A DNA stretch of 64,000 nucleotides from Coraliomargarita sp. Lineage in GTDB: Bacteria > Verrucomicrobiota > Verrucomicrobiia > Opitutales > Coraliomargaritaceae. The stretch is taken from the NCBI GenBank assembly GCA_965216325.1, contig OZ244160.1:2368001-2432000 (forward strand), written 5' to 3'. Below are positions 32,701 to 41,871 of the stretch, in pieces; position 1 is the first letter of the stretch; every line of letters begins with the position of its first letter. Both the position numbers and the translations under genes were made by a program. The notes under the pieces are model-generated. The model was not told the DNA's origin. It worked only from the letters and a program-made list of their open reading frames with translations, and ran no database searches.

Positions 32701-35700
32701 AACACCACCTACAGGAGTGGATACCGCAGAACGAACCTTTACCAACTGGCCGACTGTTGTTCCGGCTACAGCAGATGCGACTTACACTGCGCTCTACACG
32801 GTGAACCCAGCGGTCGCTGATGTTACCTGGGATGGCGGAGCAGGCGATGGACTTTGGACGTCGAATAACAACTGGAGTGGTGATGTAGCTCCTACAGACA
32901 GTGACAGTGTATTTGTCGGGGCACCTGCCAGCGTGACTGGAGCAACGACTGATTTTGACAGCTTGGAGATTGGAGCTGGTGCGACTGTGCGTTTGGCGGA
33001 GTATTTTCCATACAGTCAAATCTTCGTCATTCATGGGGTTCTTGGTAGCGATAATCCATATACGGTGCTGCGTCCTTATTCATGCGACCTGAGTCTGTCG
33101 TCTTCCGGGAGTATTGGTGCCAATATTACTTGGATCGACCTTGGTTCGAATGCCCGTTTGCGCTTTGAAGATGGTGCCAGTTTTGCGTCGGCTGCGACAC
33201 TGCAACTCGGGGGTGCGACGACGTTTGACTTTGCCTTGTCCGAATCCGGATTTGAGACACTCGAGTTAGGAACTCTAGCAAATAACAATGGTGGCACTGT
33301 TGTTTGGGCCGACGTGACTTTCAATGTGGATGTGTCTGCCTACGATACCAGCAATGGTCTATCCATCGTGTTGATGGACTTTAATTCTCAAGGGGCGAAC
33401 TTCGACGGCAGCTTTGATCCTACGGTGAATATTATCGACGGTGGAACCGGGATTGGAGCGGTGCTAAGTTACAACGCGTCGACCTTTGAGTTGATCCTTA
33501 CGATTGATCCTGCGGGGAATGATAAGCCAGTCGCCTTGGACAAGTCCTATGAGTTCGATGGCAGCTCTGCGGTTGCAGTTGCGCTGACAGGCTCGGACAT
33601 CGACGGGGATACCTTGAGCTTCGAAGTGGTCAATGGGCCTGCGAACGGAGTGTTGTCAGGCACTCCACCCAATCTGACCTATGCTTTTAATGGGAGTAGC
33701 CCGGATCATGATTCGTTTACTTTCAGAGTGAATGACGGTGAGCTTGATTCCGATAATGTTGCGACGGCATCGATTGTATATACGCCGCATAGCACTCCGG
33801 AGCTTTGGGGCTGGTTGCAAACTCGTATCGAAAATGAGGATACATTAAACGCCGCTACGGTGACGACTTGGACAGAGCCGCATAGTGATGGATCGGGCGA
33901 TACGATTACGATTTCGCGTGTGACCTATGACTTGGGCGAGTTAGTTGGCACGCAGCATACCGCGACGCCGGTGATTGCGGCTTATTATGCGCGGCCTACC
34001 GGCGGCACGAATTTGCCCGGACTGTTGCAGAATCATGGTGGCGGCCAGCGTGCAGAGAGCGTGATTGCCAAATTCTGGGCGGAGCAGGGCTATGCTGCGA
34101 TTTGTATGAATTGGGGCGGGCTGAATCTGCAGGCTGCGAATCCCAATGAACCCGCGCCTGCTCAGGGGCAACTCCACCCAAATACCAATTGGGACGGTGT
34201 GGCTGGAGGTTTTTCACGTATTTCGACGGTGAATGAGCCGATTGCGAATCCGGTAACTGAGGCGATTTTCTGGGCTTCGGTCGACCCTGCGGTCTTCAGC
34301 GATGGTCAAACACTCTTTGATATTCCGCACCCTTTGAATAGTAGCTGGGTGCTCAATGGCTACGCGGCGCGTCGTGCGATTACTTTCCTACAAAGCCAGC
34401 CTGAGGTGAACGATGCCAAGATCGGTGTGCTCGGTTGGAGTATGGGTGGTCGCACAACGATGATGTCATCGACTGATCCGCGCATTACTGTGCTTGGACC
34501 GTCTGTTGGCGGCACGGGGTATTTGTTCGATGACTTCTGGGGGCTGCCGAATACGGCACGCAATGCATCCGGATGGCAAGATCGCGATCTGTTCGATCGC
34601 ACCGTCGATGATCAAAGTTACTGGCCGCATGTTTCGGCGCCGGTGCTGTTCTTGAATGCCTCGAATGATTTCAATGCACCGTTTGATTTGGCTACCAAGA
34701 CCTTGTCTATTCATGAAACTGAGTTAAATGACGTGTCGCCGACGAACATCTTGGTGGCCGATCCGCATTATAACCATCGTGTAACGGATCCGGCCTTGGC
34801 TGCACGCGTGGTGTGGATGCGTCATTATTTGCACGGAGACGTTCAGTATCCTGAGATTTCAGATGCAGAGCTAGCCTTGGTCACTGCAGATGGTGTTCCC
34901 TTGTTCAAAGTTTACCCGGATACGTCGACTTTGTATCCGATCGTGAGCGTCGACATTTATTATGGTTCGGATCGTGATTCACGGACGCGTTTCTGGCGGG
35001 ACGCAGGTGCGGTGGATAAAGGGACTCATTGGGAGGCCCCGTTGCCGATCTTTGATGCCGAAGAAATGCTGGTTGCGCATGCCGTCATTACCTATGATCT
35101 CGGTTTCAATCAAAACGTGCCGTTTGGCTTGCCAACCAATCTAATGACGGTCGCTTCGAAGGTGCATACTTACTACCCAACGGGAGTCGATAGCACTGGC
35201 TATACCTTCCCACAAGAGTTGGACACCGACGTTCATCAAATCCACTTGCACGATTCAGCAGCGCTGGTTGCGAATGGTCTTCGTGAAACGGCTGAAATCA
35301 GCGATGTGATTGATGATCCGTCCAGTAGTCGTGGCTTTAAAGACTGGTATATGATCAATGGTACGAATCCTGCGAATTGGCAGTTCTACACACGGAAGAT
35401 CAGTGATGTGTGCTATCAGGGTGGTGCGGGCGCGCAGTTGACTTTTGACCTGACTGCAGATGCTGCGAATACGCTTTGGATTAAGATCGTTGCAGATGGT
35501 TGGGATGAGAACGAATCGACTACGTATTATGCGTCGACCTCGGTGTCTGTTGGTTTGAATCAAATGAGTCTGTCGGTTTCGGATTTTAAGCGAGTCGACA
35601 ATACAGTGCTGAGTTCGTGGGAGCGTGCGAAGATTCTCGGGTTTGGCTCAGGGCAGGCGTTTAAGATCGATGCAACAAGCTGGTCGGGGACGATCCCTGA

Positions 35701-36103
35701 GTTCGCAGACATTGCATGGAGCGGTGGCGTTCGGACCCTGGAGGGGGGCGTATCCACCACATGGTTGGATAGCTATGGGCTACCGCGTAGTCATGATGCC
35801 TTGTTGCAAGATAGCGACAGTGATGGTCAGCGCAATGGTGACGAACATGAGGCTGGCACCAATCCGGTTGATTCCGGTTCCGTGTTTAAGGTCGAATCGT
35901 CAACTGTGGTCGGAGGTGATTTCCTGCTGAGATGGCAAGCGGTTGCGGGGAAGACCTATGCGGTGGACTATAAGGAAAATCTTATGGATGACGATTGGAC
36001 TGAGCTGGATTCAGGTATCAGTGGCATCGAACCCACGACACAGCTGGATATTGAGCTGGATTCAGAGCAAACGGCTTGTTTCTTCCGTGTGCGTGTGGAG
36101 TAG
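29780..36103 (+). CDS. Large (~2107 aa) secreted modular esterase: 2 SASA-like domains, passenger-like repeats, cadherin-like domain, alpha/beta-hydrolase and a Verrucomicrobia-type C-terminal domain
   Basis: Signal peptide from MRKSLSV; two GQSN motifs; DSFTFRVNDG; GWSMGG; DSDSDGQRNGDEHEAGTNP...FFRVRVE. Confidence 0.88.
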   Translation: MRKSLSVFALFVCLSLQALVHAAVVDVFVATGQSNAAWPWDSENQVGTFQFGVGVQDALDASGLFSNPTVVIGGVPGQEIAAWYNDSGANGLYNTEFFDTTAVGTGALEAKIAEIIGNGDTPRFRGVFWFQGEADGLNGTEASYTSRWNGLLGQLASDVGSNDFNYVMNRVGNSGTLINDTLAAITNADARGALFDTQVAPYRTNTADIHGYDHYAVGQANAQLFIDTFVRPVDIFIVAGQSNANGQGLVSELTVPQSTQDAMFYSSWHLQAFNAESTQYYTNWLAQTVAGQTRSTGNVSSTFGNSSWFGPEVGFVARANEINLTANPMGILKYAVDGSALTSDVNFSDWDLSAATLNDGDCWRGFQAALSDAVTKLQNDGHTPNFKGMIWWQGENGTNATDLNAFVAAVRSHLASNYGIQNESEFPIVITGNDFWGAGLKAGVSDLDDAVGFIDSVTYGQIAGYTNVHLGSGQGGNLTDVTGNGINDMYDIGVAYADEMAVLLSAAVTPPPSGPDVSWDGGAGDGLWTSEVNWSGDALPASGDTIEISNGDTVDMPANFFAPTNSTTDVSGGSQLTNSGAAARLTSGAVINFASGSGLSGAYIDLNSGTINFVDGATLTVANIQHRGDVTYGITFSSNGFATLTPGALHDAGNEDWSNVTFNLDFANYDSANGAVVELIDYTGHATVYNGSFNPTVNVEAGDTGLTGTLSFDTASSKVIYTFNSAPTPPPSGPDVSWDGGAGDGLWTSELNWSGNALPASGDTIEISNGDTVDMPADDWSLATGVTIHVTGNSQIDSSMGAARLHSGMVFNFSAGSGIGGQWIHFENCTFNFEDGATFTPGTVQHRFNATYGITFSSTGFTTLTPGELKVWDTEDWSNVTFNIELSEYDTSNGLVVELIDFAGHADVFNGSFNPTINVEAGDSGLTGTLSFDTTNSKVIYTFDGVVMPTTYEITFINVDDSESTVTVNENEVATPPTGVDTAERTFTNWPTVVPATADATYTALYTVNPAVADVTWDGGAGDGLWTSNNNWSGDVAPTDSDSVFVGAPASVTGATTDFDSLEIGAGATVRLAEYFPYSQIFVIHGVLGSDNPYTVLRPYSCDLSLSSSGSIGANITWIDLGSNARLRFEDGASFASAATLQLGGATTFDFALSESGFETLELGTLANNNGGTVVWADVTFNVDVSAYDTSNGLSIVLMDFNSQGANFDGSFDPTVNIIDGGTGIGAVLSYNASTFELILTIDPAGNDKPVALDKSYEFDGSSAVAVALTGSDIDGDTLSFEVVNGPANGVLSGTPPNLTYAFNGSSPDHDSFTFRVNDGELDSDNVATASIVYTPHSTPELWGWLQTRIENEDTLNAATVTTWTEPHSDGSGDTITISRVTYDLGELVGTQHTATPVIAAYYARPTGGTNLPGLLQNHGGGQRAESVIAKFWAEQGYAAICMNWGGLNLQAANPNEPAPAQGQLHPNTNWDGVAGGFSRISTVNEPIANPVTEAIFWASVDPAVFSDGQTLFDIPHPLNSSWVLNGYAARRAITFLQSQPEVNDAKIGVLGWSMGGRTTMMSSTDPRITVLGPSVGGTGYLFDDFWGLPNTARNASGWQDRDLFDRTVDDQSYWPHVSAPVLFLNASNDFNAPFDLATKTLSIHETELNDVSPTNILVADPHYNHRVTDPALAARVVWMRHYLHGDVQYPEISDAELALVTADGVPLFKVYPDTSTLYPIVSVDIYYGSDRDSRTRFWRDAGAVDKGTHWEAPLPIFDAEEMLVAHAVITYDLGFNQNVPFGLPTNLMTVASKVHTYYPTGVDSTGYTFPQELDTDVHQIHLHDSAALVANGLRETAEISDVIDDPSSSRGFKDWYMINGTNPANWQFYTRKISDVCYQGGAGAQLTFDLTADAANTLWIKIVADGWDENESTTYYASTSVSVGLNQMSLSVSDFKRVDNTVLSSWERAKILGFGSGQAFKIDATSWSGTIPEFADIAWSGGVRTLEGGVSTTWLDSYGLPRSHDALLQDSDSDGQRNGDEHEAGTNPVDSGSVFKVESSTVVGGDFLLRWQAVAGKTYAVDYKENLMDDDWTELDSGISGIEPTTQLDIELDSEQTACFFRVRVE

Positions 36104-36117
36104 GTGGTGTGGTTTAA

Positions 36118-36197
36118 GGTAGGGAGGTCTGCCTCAGACCTCCGTTGCGGCGTTGTCAGTGTTGTGGAGCGGAGGCATTGGGGCATGCCTCCCTACC
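36118..36197. repeat. REP doublet (REPIN/BIME-like) downstream of RAYT
   Basis: GGTAG-GGAGGTCTG-cct-CAGACCTCC ... GGAGGCAT-tggggc-ATGCCTCC-CTACC. Confidence 0.9.
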
Positions 36198-36648
36198 TTT
36201 GAGGTTCCCATTGCCATTCCCAGTTTTCGGTATCCTTGCACAGACCTGCGCGTATCGGATTTTTGCGTATGTAGGTGGCTTTTTCGTCCCACGCATTCCG
36301 ACCACGTAAACGATGCTCGAAAAAGCCTTCTTGCCACTGAATCTTATGTTGTCGGGCGGTGAGGCGTTTCCAATTGGAGATCGATTGCTTCATCGAACTA
36401 AGCGGCTCGGGAAAACTCATAATCGCATGTAAATGATCCGGCATAAGCATCAGGAGATGCCCATACCAATCGCCTCGCTTATGCCCGAACTCAAATGAGT
36501 GTATTAACTTAGGTGCAATTGTTGGAAGTGTGAGCTGATCTGTGTGTCGTTGTTGGCAGCAAATGGTGAGAAAGAAACGTTCGTTCTCGGGGCGTATCCA
36601 ATTTGGCGTTTCATGGCGTAGCCATTTGCGACTCGGAAGCTCACTCAT
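36193..36648 (-). mobile_element. rayT: REP-associated tyrosine transposase (RAYT, Y1 HUH family)
   Basis: FFLTICC, MPDHLH (HUH), WQEGFFEHRLR, YIRKNPIRAGL; flanked by GTAG REPs. Confidence 0.9.
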
Positions 36649-36695
36649 TACGAATAGCGTATTGATGCATTAGTATTCAGCAAATGCATTTTGCG

Positions 36696-36803
36696 GGTAG
36701 GGAGGTCTGCCCCAACTCGACCTGAGCTCGTCGCAGGTCAGACCTCCGGTGTACAGTGTTGTCAGTGTTGTTGAGCGGAGGCATGGTGGCATGCCTCCCT
36801 ACC
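36696..36803. repeat. REP doublet upstream of RAYT, with a ~25-bp insert in the first loop
   Basis: Same arms and GTTGTCAGTGTTGT spacer as 36118-36197. Confidence 0.9.
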
Positions 36804-36812
36804 TCCTTGCGT

Positions 36813-37499
36813 TCAGTCTTCCTTCCTCTTGATGGGTAAGATGCCTGTTTTATAGGCTGTGGAAACGGCTGCGGGGGCATTGAGCACATTGAGTTTGTCG
36901 TAAACATGGCGGATGTGCGTCGAGACCGTGAAGAAGCTGATGCCCAGTTGCTCGGCGATTTCCTTCTTCACTAGGCCATCGCTGAGGAGCACGAGCACTT
37001 CCATCTCGCGGCTGGATAGAGTGGGCTGGTTGGCATCTTTAGTTGGAGCATTTTGTATCTGCTCCATGATGTATTTGGCCACCTTACTATCGAGGTGTGC
37101 ACCGCCATCGGCAACAGTATGAATGGCATCTTTGATTTGCTTTACGGTCGACGATTTCAGGAGGTAGCCTGTTGCTCCATTCTTAATCGCGGTGAGGACA
37201 TCGCTCTCTGCATCGGACTGGGTGATCACAATGATGGGTGTTTCGGGCAGGTATTCGCGAATCCACCGCATTGCTTCGAGGCCGGACATTTCGGGGAGAT
37301 TGAGATCCAGCAAAACGATATCGGGAGCGGCACCTTCAGACCCCTGTGCGGATTTCGGCTCCATCGCACGGAGTGCATGTTCGGCGGATCCAAAAATGCC
37401 GACGAGATTGATGTCGTCCTCAAACTCGAGGGCCATTTTGAGGACGTTGCGATACTCGGGATTATCTTCGACGACGATTACTTTGATGGGACTTGGCAT
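36813..37499 (-). CDS. NarL/LuxR-family response regulator
   Basis: REC domain (VVEDN, LLDLNLP, GATGYLLK) plus HTH (LSSREMEVL...KEIAEQLGISFFTVSTHIRHVYDKLNV). Confidence 0.95.
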   Translation of the reverse strand: MPSPIKVIVVEDNPEYRNVLKMALEFEDDINLVGIFGSAEHALRAMEPKSAQGSEGAAPDIVLLDLNLPEMSGLEAMRWIREYLPETPIIVITQSDAESDVLTAIKNGATGYLLKSSTVKQIKDAIHTVADGGAHLDSKVAKYIMEQIQNAPTKDANQPTLSSREMEVLVLLSDGLVKKEIAEQLGISFFTVSTHIRHVYDKLNVLNAPAAVSTAYKTGILPIKRKED

Positions 37500-37502
37500 T
37501 GG

Positions 37503-39494
37503 CTAATGGGAGAGAAAAAAGAATCTACGGCGTTTTAAGTGCAGGCAGATTCGTGTGCCGCCTTCGGCCGGGTGGGTTAAGTGTATTTGGCCGCGCATAA
37601 TTTGAGCGCGGCGTTTCAATGAGGGGGGCATGTCTGCGTCTGCGGTGGCGGTATAGCCTTGCCCATTATCCTCAATGCAAAGCCGTATTTGCTGCGAGGT
37701 TGCAAGTAGCTCGACGCTGAATGCAGTTGCTCCGGAATGGCGACTAATGTTGGCCAAGCATTCTTTGTAGAAGAGGAAGAGGTCGTTACGGGTGCGTAGC
37801 TTGAGTTCCTGTAAGAAGGCCTCTCCCTCTATCTGGATGGTATAGTCCAGATCATGCATCATGCGTTTTGCGATTCGGTGCATGTCCTCGCGTAAGGTGC
37901 CCATGGGGTCGCGTGCGAGTTGTGAGTTGGCGCAATAGCGCACGGCGTCGCTAGTGCGCTCGGTGACTGTGCGCACTTCTGTGACGATGCGTTGCAGTTT
38001 GTCCTTTTCATCCACTGCATCGTGCGCGAGGTCACTCAGTAGGCCGATGGCATGAAGGTTGGCTCCTAACTCGTCGTGCAGGTCGGCGGCAAAGCGCTTG
38101 CGGATGCGGGCGATTTCGCGCATCGAGCGCATACGGCCGATGAGGTAAATAATGATGATGCCTGCTGCAAGCGTGGCAGCCAGGTAGACCATGAGACGGA
38201 GGTTGGCTTTTTGGCGAGCGTAGCCCTTGCTGATGGCCTCTAGAATCTGTGGGCGTTCAACGGCAAGCTCGTGGCGTTGAGCGAGCTGCTCCATCCAGAG
38301 GTTGAATGGCAAGATGTTGCCGTAGTAATTGCGTCCATCGGTGAGGGCTTCCAAGTTGTTACCGCTTCCTTTGAGTTCTGCTTCGATGTAAACTTCTTTA
38401 TCTAAGGCGACATTTTGGTTGCCGGATAGAACCTCGATTTCAGCTAGCCCAAGGATGCCCAATTGAGTGTCGCCCGTTTGGTAGGTGATGTCCGATTCGA
38501 GCACCGTGAATCTTAAATAGCGAAAGTGCCCTTCGGCGAATCGGAGCGGAAGGATCGGGCCGCTGTCGTAAATACTTTGGATCTGATAGTCGACCAGTAG
38601 TGTGGCATCTGAGAAATCGATCGTATTGGATCCTTCAATACGCAGATGTCTGGGCATCCCATAGTCATCCGGGTTGGTTTGGGGGATGCTGTCGCTTAGC
38701 TCGAGTCCATGCACGTTGATTTGGTTGATGAGTTGACTGCTCTCTAAATCAATTGTGAGGACGGGCTGCACGCCAACTTCGAAAAGGCAGACATATGGAA
38801 GGCTTTGCGCGCCTTTATAGTCGTCCATCAAGTAGGGGAGGAATCCGTCAACCAGATAGTCTTGATTATGGGCGACGTATTTGAACTCAGGGCCGGGGGA
38901 ACTCGACGATGCGGCGACGGATTGACCGAGCGCGAGATTGCGACCCGCGCCGATGAGCATGACTTCAGCCAGCTCAAACACGTAGACATTGTCCCATGCG
39001 CGAATGCCGAGCTCTGTGGCGACGATTCGCACCCAGGAAGCTTGCAGGTCTTTGGTGGGGATGACCAAAGGTGCGGTGCGTGGCAGCAGTTGATCCGCAG
39101 GGCTGAAGCTGGCGATGATTTGACCTTCGGCTGCCTCGCCTGTGCCTGCGATGATATGAAAGCTTTGTGGGAATGCATCGGCCTGAATGCCTTCCTGTGG
39201 ACTGCGGCGCAAAGTTGGGACTAGAACGACCTGATCGATTGCATGTTGCTGCTGCAGATCAATCTGAATCCATTCAGTGTTGTCTGGGCTGGTGTGTGAC
39301 TCGGAACGATAACCAATGGCCCCAGAATCACTGCGCATCGCTAGCGTGGGGAGTTGTGCTAACTCGGTATCGACTTCACTCAGGCGTGCCTCGAGCTTGG
39401 ATAGGCTCCAACGCTGATAGTCGACATCTCCATTGCTTTGCTGGAGAGCAAAGCTAAGGAGAGCAATCAGACTAAGGTGGCGCTTGAATGGCAT
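37503..39494 (-). CDS. HisKA_3 sensor kinase with periplasmic discoidin (F5/8)-like domains
   Basis: Signal peptide; EWIQIDL...WVRIV...ELAEV...NLAL pattern occurs twice in related form; one TM helix; RFAADLHDELG; ECLANISRH; IEDNGQG. Confidence 0.88.
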   Translation of the reverse strand: MPFKRHLSLIALLSFALQQSNGDVDYQRWSLSKLEARLSEVDTELAQLPTLAMRSDSGAIGYRSESHTSPDNTEWIQIDLQQQHAIDQVVLVPTLRRSPQEGIQADAFPQSFHIIAGTGEAAEGQIIASFSPADQLLPRTAPLVIPTKDLQASWVRIVATELGIRAWDNVYVFELAEVMLIGAGRNLALGQSVAASSSSPGPEFKYVAHNQDYLVDGFLPYLMDDYKGAQSLPYVCLFEVGVQPVLTIDLESSQLINQINVHGLELSDSIPQTNPDDYGMPRHLRIEGSNTIDFSDATLLVDYQIQSIYDSGPILPLRFAEGHFRYLRFTVLESDITYQTGDTQLGILGLAEIEVLSGNQNVALDKEVYIEAELKGSGNNLEALTDGRNYYGNILPFNLWMEQLAQRHELAVERPQILEAISKGYARQKANLRLMVYLAATLAAGIIIIYLIGRMRSMREIARIRKRFAADLHDELGANLHAIGLLSDLAHDAVDEKDKLQRIVTEVRTVTERTSDAVRYCANSQLARDPMGTLREDMHRIAKRMMHDLDYTIQIEGEAFLQELKLRTRNDLFLFYKECLANISRHSGATAFSVELLATSQQIRLCIEDNGQGYTATADADMPPSLKRRAQIMRGQIHLTHPAEGGTRICLHLKRRRFFFLSH

Positions 39495-39545
39495 TCGTGT
39501 GAGTGGTCGAATATAGGGATAGGGGCTAGGAGCAGTCGAGATAAG

Positions 39546-39573
39546 AAAAAGGCCGCAGCCTTTCGGCTGCGGC
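39546..39573 (-). terminator. Intrinsic terminator after the PEP-CTERM gene
   Basis: Minus strand GGCCGCAGCC-GAAA-GGCTGCGGCC (loop shares a base) followed by TTTTT. Confidence 0.85.
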
Positions 39574-39609
39574 CCATCCCTATATTATATATCCCCTTAT
39601 AATGAAAAT

Positions 39610-40617
39610 TTAGCGACGGCGGCGCAGCATCACCGATCCGAGTGCAAGGAATCCACCGAGCAGAGCAAAGGAGGATGGCTCTGGAACGACGGTGATATTT
39701 TCGAGGGTGAGCACAGTGCCAAACCCATCTGCTGTGAACACGAAATTACCTGTTCCGTTGAGAACTTGAAGGTTTGCAAAGTCATCTTGATCCCAGCTGG
39801 AAAATTCTGTGTCAATCAATGTAATCGTGGTGCCGTTTGTGTTAACATCGTAATTCGCAACATCGACGTAGATGCTTTCGTTGAGAGCGGAGCCATCAAT
39901 ATTGTCGAATGAATTCGAGTTCAACACGCTAACACCGTCAGCATCTGCATTGAAGTTGAAGTTCAGATTACCAGTTCCGTTCATCGTGAAATTACCGAAG
40001 TCAAGTGACGCATCGGATCCGGTAATTGTGAAGTTGCTAGTGCCCCCACCTAGGAACCCTGTTTGAACTCTGACGCCGTTGCCGCCGCCATTATATTCAA
40101 CGCTGCCACCGGAGATATTGAATTCTGAATTACCACCCAGCTGGAAAAACGCCTGATTGCCTGAAGTTGTAGTCAACGTGCCGCTGCTAAGGTTTAATTT
40201 TGCAGATCCGGAACCAAATGCACCAAGATTATTTGCCCCAGACGTTTCATAGCGTCCGCCGTTGATGTTGAATGTGCCGGTTGCGTTGTCCGAGCCAGAG
40301 AGATTTGAACCAGCACTTGTTAATGTGCCACCAGAGAGGTTCAATGTGCCGCTCGATCCGGTGCCGACACCTATTGTCAGTGTGCCAGTTAGAGTGCTGT
40401 TTGCAGTGGTGGACGAATGTGTCACTACATCAGTCGTTCCTGCCTCACCAATTTCTACAGAAGCAGTCGGAGCAACATCCCAACCGGGGTTTCCTACATC
40501 ACTCCAGCTGCCTGTGCCGGAGTATCTGCTTACTTGCGCTTGCGCGATTGAACTAAAACCGACGAATCCTGCGAGTAGTGTAGACGCGGCAAGGAGTTTG
40601 CTAGGAGTATTTTGCAT
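39610..40617 (-). CDS. PEP-CTERM surface protein, G/S/T/N-rich passenger-like
   Basis: Signal peptide; C-terminus VPEPSSFALLGGFLALGSVMLRRRR. Confidence 0.93.
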   Translation of the reverse strand: MQNTPSKLLAASTLLAGFVGFSSIAQAQVSRYSGTGSWSDVGNPGWDVAPTASVEIGEAGTTDVVTHSSTTANSTLTGTLTIGVGTGSSGTLNLSGGTLTSAGSNLSGSDNATGTFNINGGRYETSGANNLGAFGSGSAKLNLSSGTLTTTSGNQAFFQLGGNSEFNISGGSVEYNGGGNGVRVQTGFLGGGTSNFTITGSDASLDFGNFTMNGTGNLNFNFNADADGVSVLNSNSFDNIDGSALNESIYVDVANYDVNTNGTTITLIDTEFSSWDQDDFANLQVLNGTGNFVFTADGFGTVLTLENITVVPEPSSFALLGGFLALGSVMLRRRR

Positions 40618-40720
40618 AATGTCTCGTATCTATGGGTTAGGAAGCCTTTTTGCTGGGGCAACTGAGTTGATGGGTAATTGATTTTGAGGCTGAGATTACA
40701 GGATGTGCTGTTTTTTGTCT

Positions 40721-40738
40721 ATCGCACGATTGTGCGAT
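40721..40738. promoter_or_regulatory. 18-bp operator copy 5
   Basis: ATCGCAC-GATT-GTGCGAT; minus-strand TAATCT (40693-40698), 22 bp away. Confidence 0.82.
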
Positions 40739-40765
40739 GGGTGTTTTTTTACATGTAAAGTCGCT

Positions 40766-41608
40766 TTAGAGACGTCGACGCCTCGACAAGGCTAGGCTGG
40801 CTGTTATGCCCGCGAAAATTAGAGCGTAAGTGTGTGGTTCAGGGATACCTACGGGAGCCCCTTTCTTACTTAAATTGGTGAGTGCAATCGCTGCTTGCCC
40901 CGAAACAGTGGTGTAGTGGTAGTCGATGTCGCCACTCCAACCTTCGCTGAGCTTAATCTCGCTAAAGCCGGTGCTTTGTGGTGGGTGTCGCAATTGTGTG
41001 AAGAGCACGAGGTCGGTGCCGTTTTCGAGCTGGTAGTGTTCCAAATCGACTTCGAGGCGGCCGCCACGAATAAAGGCCGAGTGGCTGACTTTGATGGGAC
41101 TGACTCCTGTTTGGTCGGCGATGAACTCGGTTGTGTGGTCCTGATTGTTGCCATTGTAGAATCCCGGGATAGCGACCTGTGCTCCTGCTTCTACAGTCAG
41201 GCGCATGGTGCCGCGACCTTCAGCAATCGTAAAGTTGCCTTGAGTTGCGAAGTCGAGCGTGCCGCCTTTGGCGACGATGAGGTGTCCGTTGTTGCTAATG
41301 CGCAGCACACCTTTGGAGTTGGCAGTGGAATCCATCCGTTGCCCATCGCCGATGATGAACGGTGCGTGCAGAGATGCATCGGTATGCTGGCCTGCTGGTT
41401 TGGATGGATCAGGCGCATGAAAACGGATTGAGTCGATACCGCTGCGTGGCGGGGTGTTATTGTTCCAGTTTTGGGCTTCTTCCCAGGATTGAGAGTAAGA
41501 GTGTGCGCCATTCCAGAGCGCAGTGCCGGCATGGGCCACAGAACAGAGGGTAGTCAATGCAAGTGTTGCTACCTTAAGTGAAGTAACATTGGAGAGGTGA
41601 CGATTCAT
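40766..41608 (-). CDS. PEP-CTERM surface protein
   Basis: Signal peptide; C-terminus IPEPHTYALIFAGITASLALSRRRRL. Confidence 0.92.
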   Translation of the reverse strand: MNRHLSNVTSLKVATLALTTLCSVAHAGTALWNGAHSYSQSWEEAQNWNNNTPPRSGIDSIRFHAPDPSKPAGQHTDASLHAPFIIGDGQRMDSTANSKGVLRISNNGHLIVAKGGTLDFATQGNFTIAEGRGTMRLTVEAGAQVAIPGFYNGNNQDHTTEFIADQTGVSPIKVSHSAFIRGGRLEVDLEHYQLENGTDLVLFTQLRHPPQSTGFSEIKLSEGWSGDIDYHYTTVSGQAAIALTNLSKKGAPVGIPEPHTYALIFAGITASLALSRRRRL

Positions 41609-41714
41609 TGACAGAATGATAGCTGACAGGGAGGGGGTGTTTCAGTTCGTATCGGTAATACGGCTTCTATTGAGTTGTTATTTAAAGGTATAGCATGGCT
41701 CAAGTGGCTGGGAT

Positions 41715-41732
41715 ATCGCACATATGTGTGAT
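41715..41732. promoter_or_regulatory. 18-bp operator copy 6
   Basis: ATCGCAC-ATAT-GTGTGAT; minus-strand TGc-TATACC (41687-41692), 22 bp away. Confidence 0.78.
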
Positions 41733-41853
41733 AACAGATGTATCAAATGGGGGATGCCGGAAATATCTGTGGATGATTTTGTGTAGTTGTCGGCGGATAA
41801 TCACGCAGATGGGCTGATGCTTATTTGTTGAGATCGGGAGTGTGTTGCGATCT

Positions 41854-41871
41854 ATCGCACATATGTGTGAT
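41854..41871. promoter_or_regulatory. 18-bp operator copy 7 (pilin-like gene)
   Basis: ATCGCAC-ATAT-GTGTGAT; TATGAT at 41893, 21 bp away. Confidence 0.8.

Noticed and set aside
41800..41818. ATCACGCAGATGGGCTGAT as a tenth operator
   Set aside because: Wrong length and poor right half-site
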